Below the pieces are notes generated by a model. That model did not search any database. It was not told the DNA's origin and was given only the letters and a program-made list of their open reading frames with translations. The translations under genes were made by a program, and so were the position numbers. Shown one piece after another: positions 46,043 to 55,732 of a DNA stretch of 64,000 bases. The DNA lies in IMG/VR virus record IMGVR_UViG_3300044841_000066, positions 4,395-68,394 of that record. The stretch is one strand, 5' to 3'. This DNA comes from a virus. How positions within the stretch are numbered: the first letter of the stretch is position 1; the number at the start of each line of letters is the position of its first letter.

Positions 46043-47892
46043 GCGATCACCGCTGTCCGAAAGCGCCGCACCAGATTGGCGTTGACCGCTTCCTGCTGAT
46101 TGCTCGTCGCCTTGGCCGTTGGATGCGGATCGGAACCGTGCACGTGGATGTCCGTGTTCTGATGGATCGTCACATTGCCGCCGCGCCCGGCGTCAGCGCC
46201 GCCCAAAGAAGCCGATGCCGCTCGATTGACTGTGGCCGCTGAATAGGGATTGAAGCCGTTCTCGATGCGCGTGATCCCGTTCATCAGCGCCGCCAATACA
46301 CGCGGGTCGCGCATGTTCAGGTGCTCACCCGCACCAACGCCCATCATGCGCGCCAGATTGGCGATATACGCGGCTGTGTTGTTCTCGCTGGACGGCGCCC
46401 AATGCTGGATGATGCTGGCGATTGTGTCCCGGCCCTTGGCGGCGTAGGCGAGCAAGTTATCGCGCATAGCGGTAAGGCCCTGCATGGCATCGCGGAACAC
46501 AGCAAAGCCGCCCGAACTGCCAGCGCCCGCCCATTGGCGTAGATTACCTGGATTGTTCTGGCGAATGCCGATCGGATCGCTACCTGAGGTGGGGCGAAAG
46601 GCTGTACGCTCAAACCCAGGCAATGCCTGTTGGGTTCCGCTCGACGGTGCGCTTTCCGGTAACTGTCGACCTCCCCAGGGCATTGGGCGGTCCATGCCAT
46701 CTAACGGCTTTGTCAGCGGCGGACTAGGCGGGGCCGGCGCATTGGGATCGTAAGGCGTCCCCATGCCACCATCGCCGTAGTCGTGCAGCAGCGGCGGGTA
46801 TAGATGCTTACCCAACCACTGCTTGAGGGTCTCGATCATCGAGTGATTGTCGTCGAAGAACCGCTTGGTCGCTGGCGCGGCAGGATCAAGCGTGCCATCC
46901 GGCGCCCGCTTCGGACCGGGATGGTTCTTTTCCGCCTCCTGTTCTTTCCCGTAGAGCTGGTAGAGCAGCGAAGCGATGAACCCAAGCGGGCCGAATATCC
47001 GATAAGCGATGATATCCGCCACCGCTTGCAGCACATCTTTCCAACCGATCGTCGCCTTGATCAGTTTGTCGATCTCGGGCAGCATTTTAACGATGTCGTC
47101 GCTGACGCCGAGGATCGAGTTACCGACCTCAATCGCGAAGTTCGTGATTTCCTTATTATGGTCCAGCAGGAACTTGCGGAAGGCCTCGATCTCGGGGCGG
47201 AGGCGCTGGATCAAAACGGTGGACACCTTGATCCACATCAACTCGATCACCTCGCCCACCGCGCGAAGCTCGTTCATGAAGGCGTGGGATTTCTTGCCCG
47301 AGTCCTCTAGATCGACGCCGACCGCACGCGCCAGATTGCGGAACTCTTCCTCTTTTAACCGCAGCTCGCCGTAATTCGCCAGCAACATCTTCAGCGTGCG
47401 CGCGTTGATCCCGAAGGTCTCAGCGTACTGTGCCGCAATGTAGAATGGCATCTTACCCAGGCGCGCGATGAAGTCGCCCATCACCTGGGAACTGTCGCGC
47501 ATCGCCCCGCCGACAGAACGCGTCTGCACACCGAGATAGCGCAGCAGCGACTCGTTGCCGGGGTTGAGCTGCATCGACATCGCCAAGCCTTCGAGCGCTT
47601 GGTTCGCGTCGCCGGCCGAGAGGCCGATCTGCTGCATCCCGTATTGGAGGGCCTTCAACGAGTCGACGGTCGTGCCGGCGCGCTGTGCGGTGAAATAGAG
47701 GTTTTCTAGGGCCGAGGCGGTGGCGATCAGCGCGCCCTTGAGAGCGGTGATCATGCCAGAGAGGCCGAGCGAGAACTTCGCCACAGCCTTGCTCATGTTG
47801 TCGATGCCCGAATAGAATTCCTTTACATCGACCTTGGCGCCAAGGCTGACGAGGAATTCCTCAATGACACTGCCGCCGCCGCTACCAGACAT
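46039..47892 (-). CDS. Tape measure protein with C-terminal lysozyme-like domain
   Basis: IEEFLVSLG start; helical body; GIRQNNPGNL...WAP..ENNT.AY domain. Confidence 0.85.
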   Translation of the reverse strand: MSGSGGGSVIEEFLVSLGAKVDVKEFYSGIDNMSKAVAKFSLGLSGMITALKGALIATASALENLYFTAQRAGTTVDSLKALQYGMQQIGLSAGDANQALEGLAMSMQLNPGNESLLRYLGVQTRSVGGAMRDSSQVMGDFIARLGKMPFYIAAQYAETFGINARTLKMLLANYGELRLKEEEFRNLARAVGVDLEDSGKKSHAFMNELRAVGEVIELMWIKVSTVLIQRLRPEIEAFRKFLLDHNKEITNFAIEVGNSILGVSDDIVKMLPEIDKLIKATIGWKDVLQAVADIIAYRIFGPLGFIASLLYQLYGKEQEAEKNHPGPKRAPDGTLDPAAPATKRFFDDNHSMIETLKQWLGKHLYPPLLHDYGDGGMGTPYDPNAPAPPSPPLTKPLDGMDRPMPWGGRQLPESAPSSGTQQALPGFERTAFRPTSGSDPIGIRQNNPGNLRQWAGAGSSGGFAVFRDAMQGLTAMRDNLLAYAAKGRDTIASIIQHWAPSSENNTAAYIANLARMMGVGAGEHLNMRDPRVLAALMNGITRIENGFNPYSAATVNRAASASLGGADAGRGGNVTIHQNTDIHVHGSDPHPTAKATSNQQEAVNANLVRRFRTAVIA

Positions 47893-48129
47893 CTATTCCC
47901 TCGCGTTATCGAGGCGCCGCTTGTTCTCATCGGCGAGATCGATAATGTCGTTCATGATCGCGATATCGGTCAGTGTGATCGGACCGTACTCGATATCGGT
48001 GTAGGAACACAGGCCGCGTTCCACCGGACGATAGAACCAGTCGTCGCCATCCGGCGCGACGGCCATCTCGACATCTACCCCGCGAGAGGGGCGGCGCTCG
48101 ATGGTCCAGGGAACGCGAGCGAAAAATCC
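47893..48129 (-). CDS. -1 frame extension of the tail assembly chaperone (gpT-like)
   Basis: Open -1 frame from the slippery site to a stop next to the TMP start; DW..RPV..G.C.Y motif. Confidence 0.65.
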   Translation of the reverse strand, partial: GFFARVPWTIERRPSRGVDVEMAVAPDGDDWFYRPVERGLCSYTDIEYGPITLTDIAIMNDIIDLADENKRRLDNARE

Positions 48130-48524
48130 GCGAAGTTTTCCTTCAACACATAGAACACAAGGCGGAATTGCGCCGGCAAGGTGATGTCCTGATAGCGCAG
48201 CTCGGTGCCGGCGATGATGCTCTGCCAACCGCTTGTATCCACGCGACGCTTGACGGCCGCGAAGCAGGTGTCGAAGATGAAATCCATATCCGCGTCAGAC
48301 ATATCGCTGAGCGCTTTCGTCAGCGGGCCGAGAGCGGCACCTAGGTCCCGATCCGATGCCTTGAATTCAGCAGAGATCGCCGAAGCCGCCGCCTGCAATG
48401 AGGCGATCCCGAGCGAGGCCTGCGCGGCGAGCACAAGCGGCATCAAGCGCTTGAGGATGTGCCGCTGCTGGCGCGAGCGTAGCTTATCGATGTGATAGGT
48501 GTGACCGTCAATGTCGACTTCCAT
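48075..48524 (-). CDS. Tail assembly chaperone
   Basis: Between tube and TMP; IDG..Y.I.KL...QQ.HI..RL pattern. Confidence 0.8.
   Translation of the reverse strand: MEVDIDGHTYHIDKLRSRQQRHILKRLMPLVLAAQASLGIASLQAAASAISAEFKASDRDLGAALGPLTKALSDMSDADMDFIFDTCFAAVKRRVDTSGWQSIIAGTELRYQDITLPAQFRLVFYVLKENFADFSLAFPGPSSAAPLAG
48123..48129 (-). other. Putative -1 ribosomal slippery site G GAT TTT
   Basis: In-frame GCG GAT TTT TCG near the TAC end; -1 frame open for about 76 codons. Confidence 0.6.
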
Positions 48525-48623
48525 CTTTTTTTACTCCGGACGGGTATTTAACCGATTTACTGGTTGCAAGGCCGACTCAGTTGGCGCATTTTCGCGTTAT
48601 CGAAACGGAAAGGAACCCACGAC

Positions 48624-48818
48624 ATGACACAGATTAAACTGATCACTCTCTACGAAGTTCGCCGCGACAACGTTGGGCATTGCTCTTCCTCGATCGGAAG
48701 CAAACTCTACACCTACAAGACGGCTCGCCGCTACGCTAAGCTGCTCAAGGAGCACATGGGCGTCCGCACGATCCTGGCACCCTTCCAAGTGAACCCAACC
48801 GGTCTTAAAATTCACTAA
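48624..48818 (+). CDS. Small basic protein, antisense to the tail operon
   Basis: GGAAAGGAA RBS; TTGCAA-N16-GCATTT upstream; terminator downstream. Confidence 0.7.
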   Translation: MTQIKLITLYEVRRDNVGHCSSSIGSKLYTYKTARRYAKLLKEHMGVRTILAPFQVNPTGLKIH

Positions 48819-48833
48819 GGCCGCGCCTAACCT

Positions 48834-48869
48834 AAAAGGCCGATCGCTCGCAAGGGGGATCGGCCTTTT
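48834..48869. terminator. Bidirectional Rho-independent terminator
   Basis: AAAAGGCCGATC...GATCGGCCTTTT between convergent genes. Confidence 0.8.
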
Positions 48870-48875
48870 CCTTGT

Positions 48876-49328
48876 CTAGATGCCGTCGCCCAGCATGATG
48901 TCGAGGCGGCCGACATCGAAGATCCACTCAAGCATCGGGCCGTCCTTGCTGTAGACGACATTGGGATGCTTTTTGAACGCGCATCCCGCGCCTGAGCAGA
49001 CATCCAGCGCCCCGAGATCGGTCACAGCAATCACATTCTGCCCATGGCTGGCCGGATTGCTCGTGTCGGCGTTGTACATGGCGCTCAGCAAGGCGTTGGT
49101 CGGGCTGTTCTTGAGAAACCGCACCGACACCTGACCCACCTTACTCGCGTGTAGCGAGTGCATCCAGGCGCCGTCGGCGCCAGCGGTCAATGTGTTTTTC
49201 TGATCGGTGTACTCGGCGGTGATCCCCTCATCGACAACACCCGCATCCGATCCGAGGATGACCGCACCATTCGGGCCGATGATGGTGGCCTTGACGTTCA
49301 GAAATGAGTATGTACGCGGGCCGGACAT
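48876..49328 (-). CDS. Tail tube protein (DUF3277-like)
   Basis: TYSF..V.A.I.GP, GADG..MHSL, SPTN..LS. Confidence 0.85.
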   Translation of the reverse strand: MSGPRTYSFLNVKATIIGPNGAVILGSDAGVVDEGITAEYTDQKNTLTAGADGAWMHSLHASKVGQVSVRFLKNSPTNALLSAMYNADTSNPASHGQNVIAVTDLGALDVCSGAGCAFKKHPNVVYSKDGPMLEWIFDVGRLDIMLGDGI

Positions 49329-49340
49329 GGCGCCTATCCC

Positions 49341-51161
49341 TTACTGGTTAATGATCACAGAAATGTCGGCGCCATGCACCGCACCTGCCGTCTTCGCCGC
49401 GATCTGGAACGGCACCGAGATGCGCGTGGCGCGGGCGGCGGGCGATTGCGTCGCGATGAGCGGCTGGTAGATGTAGTAACCTTTCGGCAGGAACGAGCCA
49501 TTCGAGATTGCACCGAACCCTGTCGACTGCCAGACGCCGGGCGCCAGGAAGCCGTTATTGACGGCCGCGATGCAATCCGCCTCGATCGTTGTCGCGATGA
49601 TATGCATCCCGGCGTCGGTCTGCGGTATCTTGGTCGGCGAGGTCAGAAACAGATTGTAGACATCGGTCTGAAGCTGGATGGCGAACCAATCCGCCGCGAT
49701 GATTGTGTCGGTCCAGTCGCCCGAGCAGGATTTGCCCGGCTCGATGATCGTCGTCCCGTTATTGTAGTTGATGAATACATTGCAGTTGTTGGCAAGCAGG
49801 GCCTTGCGCTGGGTCGTCGACATATTCTCGCCGACGACCAACGGCTCATTCTTGAACATCTCGGTGATGACGGTGTTATTGCCCTGCCAGTTGGTCGTCA
49901 GGATACGCGCCAGATAGCTAACGGCGGCATAGGGCATCGTGCTCGAATACTGGCAGGCCGTCTTCTTGAGATTGAGCTGCTTGAGCTGGTAGGCCAGATT
50001 GGAGGTGTCGACGCCCACGATCGTGCCGGCCTCTTGGGTTGTCACCCCGAAGTAATGCAAAACAGTTGACGACTCGATGAACTCGGCAATGGCGATCTGA
50101 TCCGCGTCGGCCGCTGTGATCGCCGATAGGCCATACCACTGGTTCGAGAACATCTGATCGAGCAGGATGACCGCATTCAGCGCGCTTTCCGCCGCCGCGC
50201 CATTCGCCACATAAGCGCCCGAGGATGCCGCCTGCATCGCCAGCAAGGCCGAGATATCGGCGCCCGTTCCGCCGGCCAGCGTGGCGCCGGACAGCGTGAT
50301 CGCGGTCGACACCTTGGCCAGGGTGTAGGCATTGCCCGGCGTACCGGTGATCTTGGATGCGAAGTAAAGCCCGGTCGCAGAGCTGAAGTAGTTGAACTTC
50401 GTAAGCTGGACATCGGGTGAAGCGTTCAGGAAGACGAGCGCATTCGCCAGCGTATTCGCCAGGGTCGTGCCGATCAGGATTTGGTTCCCGGTCGTCAGCG
50501 CAGCCACAAAGGTCACCGCTGTGCCGTTCAGGGTCAGCGTATCGGCCGCCGCCGGATTGGCCGAGAACAGCGCCGAACCAATGGCGGTCGGCAAGTTCAG
50601 GAAACCAATGGTCGAGGATGGCCCGGTTGTTCCCAGCAGGATCACGAATTGTTGCTGGTTCGCATTCCAGACAATCGTTGTTCCGGCCGGAGCACCAGCT
50701 GTCAGCATAGCCGCCTGGATGAGCGAGGCCACGCCGTTCAGGTTGGTCGCGCCGGCAAAGCTGATGCCGGTGACAGCGATCGGCACGCCAGCGATGATGG
50801 TCTCGAACGCACCGTTTGTGATCGCGGTCCAGGCCGATAGGAGCTGGCTTGCGGGCGGCACCGGCGCACCGACAAGCGTGCCCGGCGTGGCCGTCTGCGC
50901 CCAGCGCCCGATGTTCAAGGACGGCGGCTGCGGCGACTGACCAAACCACAGCGTCGAGGCGATATATTCGGGCGAAGTCGTCGGGAAATCGCCGGCTACA
51001 GCCGCGCTCCCTGAATAGGTCCGCATGCGCTGGACAACATCGATGACAGGCGAGCTGCCCATGATCAGCATGCTGTCGATGTTCTCGCCTTGCGCCGGTG
51101 TGGCCGTGAGTGATACCAGCACCTTGACGAGATTGGAAAGCGGTTGTCCCTGAACTGCCAT
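49341..51161 (-). CDS. Tail sheath protein (DUF3383-like)
   Basis: R.R.Y....V..DF...SPEY, F.Q.PQP....IGRW, KIPQTD.G, GAVH. Confidence 0.9.
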   Translation of the reverse strand: MAVQGQPLSNLVKVLVSLTATPAQGENIDSMLIMGSSPVIDVVQRMRTYSGSAAVAGDFPTTSPEYIASTLWFGQSPQPPSLNIGRWAQTATPGTLVGAPVPPASQLLSAWTAITNGAFETIIAGVPIAVTGISFAGATNLNGVASLIQAAMLTAGAPAGTTIVWNANQQQFVILLGTTGPSSTIGFLNLPTAIGSALFSANPAAADTLTLNGTAVTFVAALTTGNQILIGTTLANTLANALVFLNASPDVQLTKFNYFSSATGLYFASKITGTPGNAYTLAKVSTAITLSGATLAGGTGADISALLAMQAASSGAYVANGAAAESALNAVILLDQMFSNQWYGLSAITAADADQIAIAEFIESSTVLHYFGVTTQEAGTIVGVDTSNLAYQLKQLNLKKTACQYSSTMPYAAVSYLARILTTNWQGNNTVITEMFKNEPLVVGENMSTTQRKALLANNCNVFINYNNGTTIIEPGKSCSGDWTDTIIAADWFAIQLQTDVYNLFLTSPTKIPQTDAGMHIIATTIEADCIAAVNNGFLAPGVWQSTGFGAISNGSFLPKGYYIYQPLIATQSPAARATRISVPFQIAAKTAGAVHGADISVIINQ

Positions 51162-51261
51162 GTGATACCCCTGAATAACTGTTTACTTGGCACAGGACGG
51201 GCGCCCCGGCCTGGGTGGGCGGATGATGCGCCCGTGATCGAATACGCCGTCCTGCCCGCTG

Positions 51262-51882
51262 TTAGCGCGCGGGAACGACCTTCTGAATGTTTGTCGTCGT
51301 GCCGTCGCTTGTCTTGAGCGTGGCGCGAAAGCCGAGCAGGTTGCGGACGGGATACTGCCGCCGCGTCTGCCGCCGCATCACCAAAGCCAGATCGACGCGA
51401 TACTGCCAGCGCTCTTTGAACAGCACGGGCACCGCAATCGGTTCGGATGCCTCGACCAAGCCATAGCCGTTGAGCTGCAACAGCTCTAGGTTCTGCGCCA
51501 CCTGGAAGCCATCCTTGAGCAAGGATACATAGTAGTCAGCCAAGCCGGAAACCCCGAGATCGTAAAAACTGACCAGGATATCGAGCGTTTCATGCCGCTG
51601 CTGCTGATCCGCCCCGAGGCCGCCGTCGGCGTCGCCCAAATGCTTTACGAAAACATAGGTGTCGTTGGGACGCTTGCGCACGCCAAACGCCGCCCAGCAG
51701 GTGCCTTCGGTTGGGATATTGGCCGGCTCGGGTTGCCAGCTCGGGCGAAACAGCGTTCCGTCCAGGCCGCATATGCCGACCATCCAACCTTGTAGGAAGT
51801 CGTTGAGTGCCTGACCCTCAAGCGGCGGGGTGATCGCGGGGTCGGGTAAGAGCGGACCGCCCGTCGAGCTGTCATTTACCAT
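51262..51882 (-). CDS. Tail terminator / neck protein
   Basis: NDSSTGG.L.P; RP.WQ..P; position before the sheath. Confidence 0.7.
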   Translation of the reverse strand: MVNDSSTGGPLLPDPAITPPLEGQALNDFLQGWMVGICGLDGTLFRPSWQPEPANIPTEGTCWAAFGVRKRPNDTYVFVKHLGDADGGLGADQQQRHETLDILVSFYDLGVSGLADYYVSLLKDGFQVAQNLELLQLNGYGLVEASEPIAVPVLFKERWQYRVDLALVMRRQTRRQYPVRNLLGFRATLKTSDGTTTNIQKVVPAR

Positions 51883-52291
51883 AGGCGAACTCCGCCGCCG
51901 GCTGCGGGTTGTAGTTGATCGCGATGCACTCCGCCAGCATGAACCCGCCACCGAACTTCGAATAGTCATTCAGCGTGCGCACGAGGTAGATGTTCCCGGC
52001 ATAGCCGATCAGATCGGGTTGCCAATTGGCGTTCTTGGCGTCCTTGCTGGCCGCGCGGATGCGGAAAGGCGTGATCACCTGGATACTATCCGCTTGGCTC
52101 TCGAATGCCTCTTGCCGGACCAGCGAGTTGCTTCCCGTCGGTGCCACAATTCCGATCACATCCCGGTAACGCGCGGTGGTCTTGATCGATGGGGTACCAT
52201 TGCTTTGCATGATCTGCAAGCGCCGATAGACATCGAAAGTGGACGCGAGAAAGGGATCGAGCAGGACATCGGTCAGATCAAGCCAGGGCAT
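51872..52291 (-). CDS. Head closure / neck protein
   Basis: MP.LD.TDVL.DP pattern; gene order. Confidence 0.7.
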   Translation of the reverse strand: MPWLDLTDVLLDPFLASTFDVYRRLQIMQSNGTPSIKTTARYRDVIGIVAPTGSNSLVRQEAFESQADSIQVITPFRIRAASKDAKNANWQPDLIGYAGNIYLVRTLNDYSKFGGGFMLAECIAINYNPQPAAEFAYGK

Positions 52292-52938
52292 TACTTACGT
52301 CCAGGTGTGGGACCGAGGATCAGATCGTTCGTTGCCTTGGGTTTGCGGATCACATAGGTGATCGAATTCAGCATGGCCGCGGTATCGATCAATGGCGTGA
52401 ATATGCCAGCGCCCGGCGCCTTGCCGGCGGCCACATTGGCGTCGACCATGATCTGCCTTTGCCGGCGCCATTTCTTGCTCTTACGTCGGGCGATGCGCGC
52501 GGCCACCGTTGCTGCGGCTAACTCAGGCGAAAGGCCGGCGCGGATTGTCTGCTTGATCGAGGCCTGAAGGCGAAGGCCGATCCGATGCAGATATTTGTCC
52601 AGCTCGGCAAATGAGGCGCCCGACATCACAACCGACTCATTGCGACAGGCCGCTTTCGCCGCACTCTTGTAGAGGTCGATGACCTCGGAAAGCACGGCTT
52701 GGAACCCCGGACGCATGAACTCGCGTTGCGGAATATGCGCCTCGGGTGCGCCGTAGTTATGGATGTATCCCAGCTCGGCATTGTTGATCGGCTCGTTACC
52801 TTCGCGCTTATTTGTGGCGCGCGGAAAGCCGACGAGCACGCGCCGATCGGCCAGGGCCTTGAGCGAGGCCTGGAGGGCTTTCAAGCGTTCCGGCGATTTG
52901 ACCGTTACACTGACGCTGGCGTGACCGACAACCTTCAT
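52291..52938 (-). CDS. Neck / tail completion protein
   Basis: VLVG.P, NAELGYIH.YG.P...IP.R.F, PLIDT....NSITY. Confidence 0.75.
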   Translation of the reverse strand: MKVVGHASVSVTVKSPERLKALQASLKALADRRVLVGFPRATNKREGNEPINNAELGYIHNYGAPEAHIPQREFMRPGFQAVLSEVIDLYKSAAKAACRNESVVMSGASFAELDKYLHRIGLRLQASIKQTIRAGLSPELAAATVAARIARRKSKKWRRQRQIMVDANVAAGKAPGAGIFTPLIDTAAMLNSITYVIRKPKATNDLILGPTPGRK

Positions 52939-53405
52939 GACGAGAACCACCCAGGCCATGTCGGCGGACCCGTCCAGGCCGGTCCGGACAGCGGCGGAAA
53001 GGTGCCAATACCCAATTGCAGGCCGCCCGCACCCATCAGACGCGCCATACGGATATAGCGCTGACCGTAGGTTGTATAGTTCCAATGGCCAGCGTTGGGT
53101 TCGGCGGCCGATCCGGTATCCCAGGAGATGCTCAGCGGTCCGCCGCCCTTGCTTCCGATCGGACCGCCCGCCAATCCAGGTGGGGCGCCGGCCGAGGCGG
53201 CGGTCTGCGCCTGATATTCCAGCACGAGATTGTGCGCTGTAAATAGCTGGCGCCCATAGGCATACATGCCGGACCAACGCGAAGCGCTGAGCGCCATGTA
53301 TGATATAGCCAAGTAAAACGAAATGACGCCGTTCGGGTATTGGCGTTCAGAAGAGAACGCCGGAAAGTTAACCCGAAAGATGGCCGGCGTCAGATCGTCA
53401 CTCAT
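52935..53405 (-). CDS. Head-tail adaptor (DUF4054-like)
   Basis: FR..FP.F, LFTAH.L, WN.T.YGQ. Confidence 0.85.
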   Translation of the reverse strand: MSDDLTPAIFRVNFPAFSSERQYPNGVISFYLAISYMALSASRWSGMYAYGRQLFTAHNLVLEYQAQTAASAGAPPGLAGGPIGSKGGGPLSISWDTGSAAEPNAGHWNYTTYGQRYIRMARLMGAGGLQLGIGTFPPLSGPAWTGPPTWPGWFSS

Positions 53406-53710
53406 TGCTTGGTGGCCTGCATGGACTCGAAGGAAAGATACTCCGTGCTGTCAAGCGAGATGAGCACGAACTTGGCGCGTGAGAAATCGGGTTCGGCCCG
53501 GCCGAGGGCGCGCAGCGATCCCGTCAATACGCTCTTGGTGTCGGCTGTGAGAAGCTCGCCATCCACCTTGTGCGCATGCGGGCAGCAGAGCTTGATGCCG
53601 ATGACGACATTCAGCGTATTCGTGGGGGTCGTTGGATGACCGCGGGGCGGGATTTCCGCGCGGATGGCATGCGTTGCTTCAGCCGTGCAACGCAATTTGG
53701 CGCACTTCAC
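53402..53710 (-). CDS. Hypothetical Cys/His protein
   Basis: C...RC...C..H; overlaps both neighbours. Confidence 0.6.
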   Translation of the reverse strand: MKCAKLRCTAEATHAIRAEIPPRGHPTTPTNTLNVVIGIKLCCPHAHKVDGELLTADTKSVLTGSLRALGRAEPDFSRAKFVLISLDSTEYLSFESMQATKQ

Positions 53711-54018
53711 TTGCGCTTATACTCGGGTGTCGCATCAATCCCCTTGCCTTGACCGGCAAACAGCGAACGATCGCCCCTGAATGCTGTGTGAACAAGCGCA
53801 GCGTCGCGCGTATCGGCGGCGTATTTGTATTCGCTAGCGTCGAGCGATCCCGAGGCTGGCGAAGGTACCGTTTCCGCGTCCGGTAGGTCAGGCATATCCT
53901 TGGTCTGCGTCAGACCCTCGACCGCCACATCCCGCGCTTTTTGCGCGTAGTTCTTGATCATTGGGTTATTACCCATTGCCCGATACCTCATGCCTAATCC
54001 TACATAGAAAGGGACCAA
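53707..54018 (-). CDS. Hypothetical head-region protein (start uncertain)
   Basis: Operon position; carries TKD and TRD motifs. Confidence 0.55.
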   Translation of the reverse strand: MVPFYVGLGMRYRAMGNNPMIKNYAQKARDVAVEGLTQTKDMPDLPDAETVPSPASGSLDASEYKYAADTRDAALVHTAFRGDRSLFAGQGKGIDATPEYKRK

Positions 54019-54063
54019 CCTCTTGCAAGATTGATCCCTTATCTATACCCAGGCTTGGCTTTA

Positions 54064-54411
54064 CTATTCGGGGTCTTGGGCCTGTTCTTCGCCCGCCTTG
54101 CGCACCCCATTGGCGGCCAGGAACCAATGGTCCGCCAGATGCGCCGGCACATTGACAAGGCCGATCGGAAAGCGGATGCGCTTGTGCTGATCGTCCGTCA
54201 AGACGACCTCTTTCTGGAACACCATGGCAACCGTTGCCTCGTTCGGCAGGGTCGCCTGTGCCACCGAGATCGGCGCCGCCGGCTCATTGCCGGGACCAAC
54301 CGGGTTCGCTTTCGGCTTGATACCGCGCGGGCGGATACCCGGCGGCTTCTGGTTGGGATCGATCGACGGGGTCTGATCGGGTTCGAGGGCGGCCTCGTTT
54401 TCGTCTGCCAT
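54064..54411 (-). CDS. Small head-associated protein
   Basis: Follows the MCP; F..G...VP..LA.HW motif. Confidence 0.65.
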   Translation of the reverse strand: MADENEAALEPDQTPSIDPNQKPPGIRPRGIKPKANPVGPGNEPAAPISVAQATLPNEATVAMVFQKEVVLTDDQHKRIRFPIGLVNVPAHLADHWFLAANGVRKAGEEQAQDPE

Positions 54412-54470
54412 TGTTTAACCTTTCTCTCGTATGAAGCCTTATCCAATATAGCTATACTGGGGCCTCATGC

Positions 54471-54515
54471 AATCAATAGCTCAGCAAGCCAGGAAAAGCC
54501 GCTAAGCTATTGATT
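54471..54515 (-). other. Long hairpin just after the MCP stop
   Basis: AATCAATAGCT/AGCTATTGATT arms, extended by G-U pairing in the - strand RNA. Confidence 0.6.
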
Positions 54516-54521
54516 TTGTTG

Positions 54522-55676
54522 TCAAATTCCGTCGAAGTAACCGCCTGTTTCAGGATATACCCACTCGACGACACCAAGCCGGCAGAAGTACGTAGTCTTA
54601 TGCCATATCGCATCATACTGGATGGGCGTCCGCTGTAGCATCGTCATGGGAAAGCGCACGCGTTTCTTGTCGTTGGTGTAGACGACCATCCGATCGACCG
54701 TACCCGTTGTGCCGATCGTGCCGCCCTGGCCCGAGCCGATCGACCACTTGAGCGGTTGAATGTTCAGCTTGCCGCGCCCGGCGGCCGTCAGGATGTTGTT
54801 TTCCTCGACATACTTCAGGATCGAGAGCAAGCCGTTCTGCGTCGCCACCTTCTGCATGGCGAGCTGGCCGAACTGCGCGGGCGGGATGCGGATTTCCGCC
54901 GGGATAACAGCCCACGCCGAGGCCGCCCAGACGAGCGTCAGCGCGTTGTTGAAGTCCAGCAGGATTTCGTCTGCTGTTTTGGTCGACCACTGCGGAAAGC
55001 CGCCCGCGCCATTGGGCACATTGGTCGTCGTCACGCCGGTGTTGTTGATCAGGCCGGTGACGCCCATCGATGTATCACCGATGTACACCTGCTCGTCGAT
55101 GTCCATCTGGTGCTTGAGCTTGAGGCCCTCGTGCTTCTGATCGTCGACCGGACGCCCGACCTTGGCGGCACTTTCCAGCTCGAAGATCGTCCAGGCGACC
55201 TCCTGTCCCCAAGGATTGAGGGGATGCGGGATTTTGGCGATATCGAGGTTGACACGCGCGATCTGGGTGGTGCTGCGACCAATCCAGCTCTTGCCGTTGC
55301 CGATCGAGTTGCCGGTCCCCAGGCCGCCCGCCGCCGCGATTGTCGACAAGGTGAAAGAGGTCACATCGTCGGCGATCGTCACATCTTCGCGCAGCTCGAT
55401 ATCCCGCAGATAGGATACCTCCGCCAGCGGCATGTGCAGCTCTTGATCCAGGCGTTCCAGCTCGCCGAGCAGGAAGGCGCCGGACGAGTCGACAGTGCGC
55501 CCATCATGGGTGCGCACCGGGGCGTCAAAGCGCTTGCCCAGATGGTTGCCGTCCGCGTCATGGGTGCGGTGCGCGGATGCGCTGTCGAAAGTCATGAAAC
55601 TATCACGCGTCCGCTGACGGCCGACAAAGCGACCGCCCCGGATTGCTTCCAGGCCGTCAAAAGGCGCCACAGGCAA
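54522..55676 (-). CDS. Major capsid protein (DUF2184-like, HK97 fold)
   Basis: GAFL.GELERLD, RDI.LREDV, QMDIDEQVY.GD, RMV.Y, Y.DGI terminus. Confidence 0.9.
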   Translation of the reverse strand: MPVAPFDGLEAIRGGRFVGRQRTRDSFMTFDSASAHRTHDADGNHLGKRFDAPVRTHDGRTVDSSGAFLLGELERLDQELHMPLAEVSYLRDIELREDVTIADDVTSFTLSTIAAAGGLGTGNSIGNGKSWIGRSTTQIARVNLDIAKIPHPLNPWGQEVAWTIFELESAAKVGRPVDDQKHEGLKLKHQMDIDEQVYIGDTSMGVTGLINNTGVTTTNVPNGAGGFPQWSTKTADEILLDFNNALTLVWAASAWAVIPAEIRIPPAQFGQLAMQKVATQNGLLSILKYVEENNILTAAGRGKLNIQPLKWSIGSGQGGTIGTTGTVDRMVVYTNDKKRVRFPMTMLQRTPIQYDAIWHKTTYFCRLGVVEWVYPETGGYFDGI

Positions 55677-55732
55677 ATCCTCCAGTAGAAAATGATTGAA
55701 ACGAATGCGGCAAGGGATTTCGCCGCTCAGGA

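Noticed and set aside
51185-51260. Possible structured RNA upstream of the sheath gene
   Set aside because: Only short alternative GC-rich pairings; not distinguishable from chance by eye
52291-53277. 328-aa ORF as called by the track
   Set aside because: Its 5' third overlaps the adaptor gene; the coupled start is 52938
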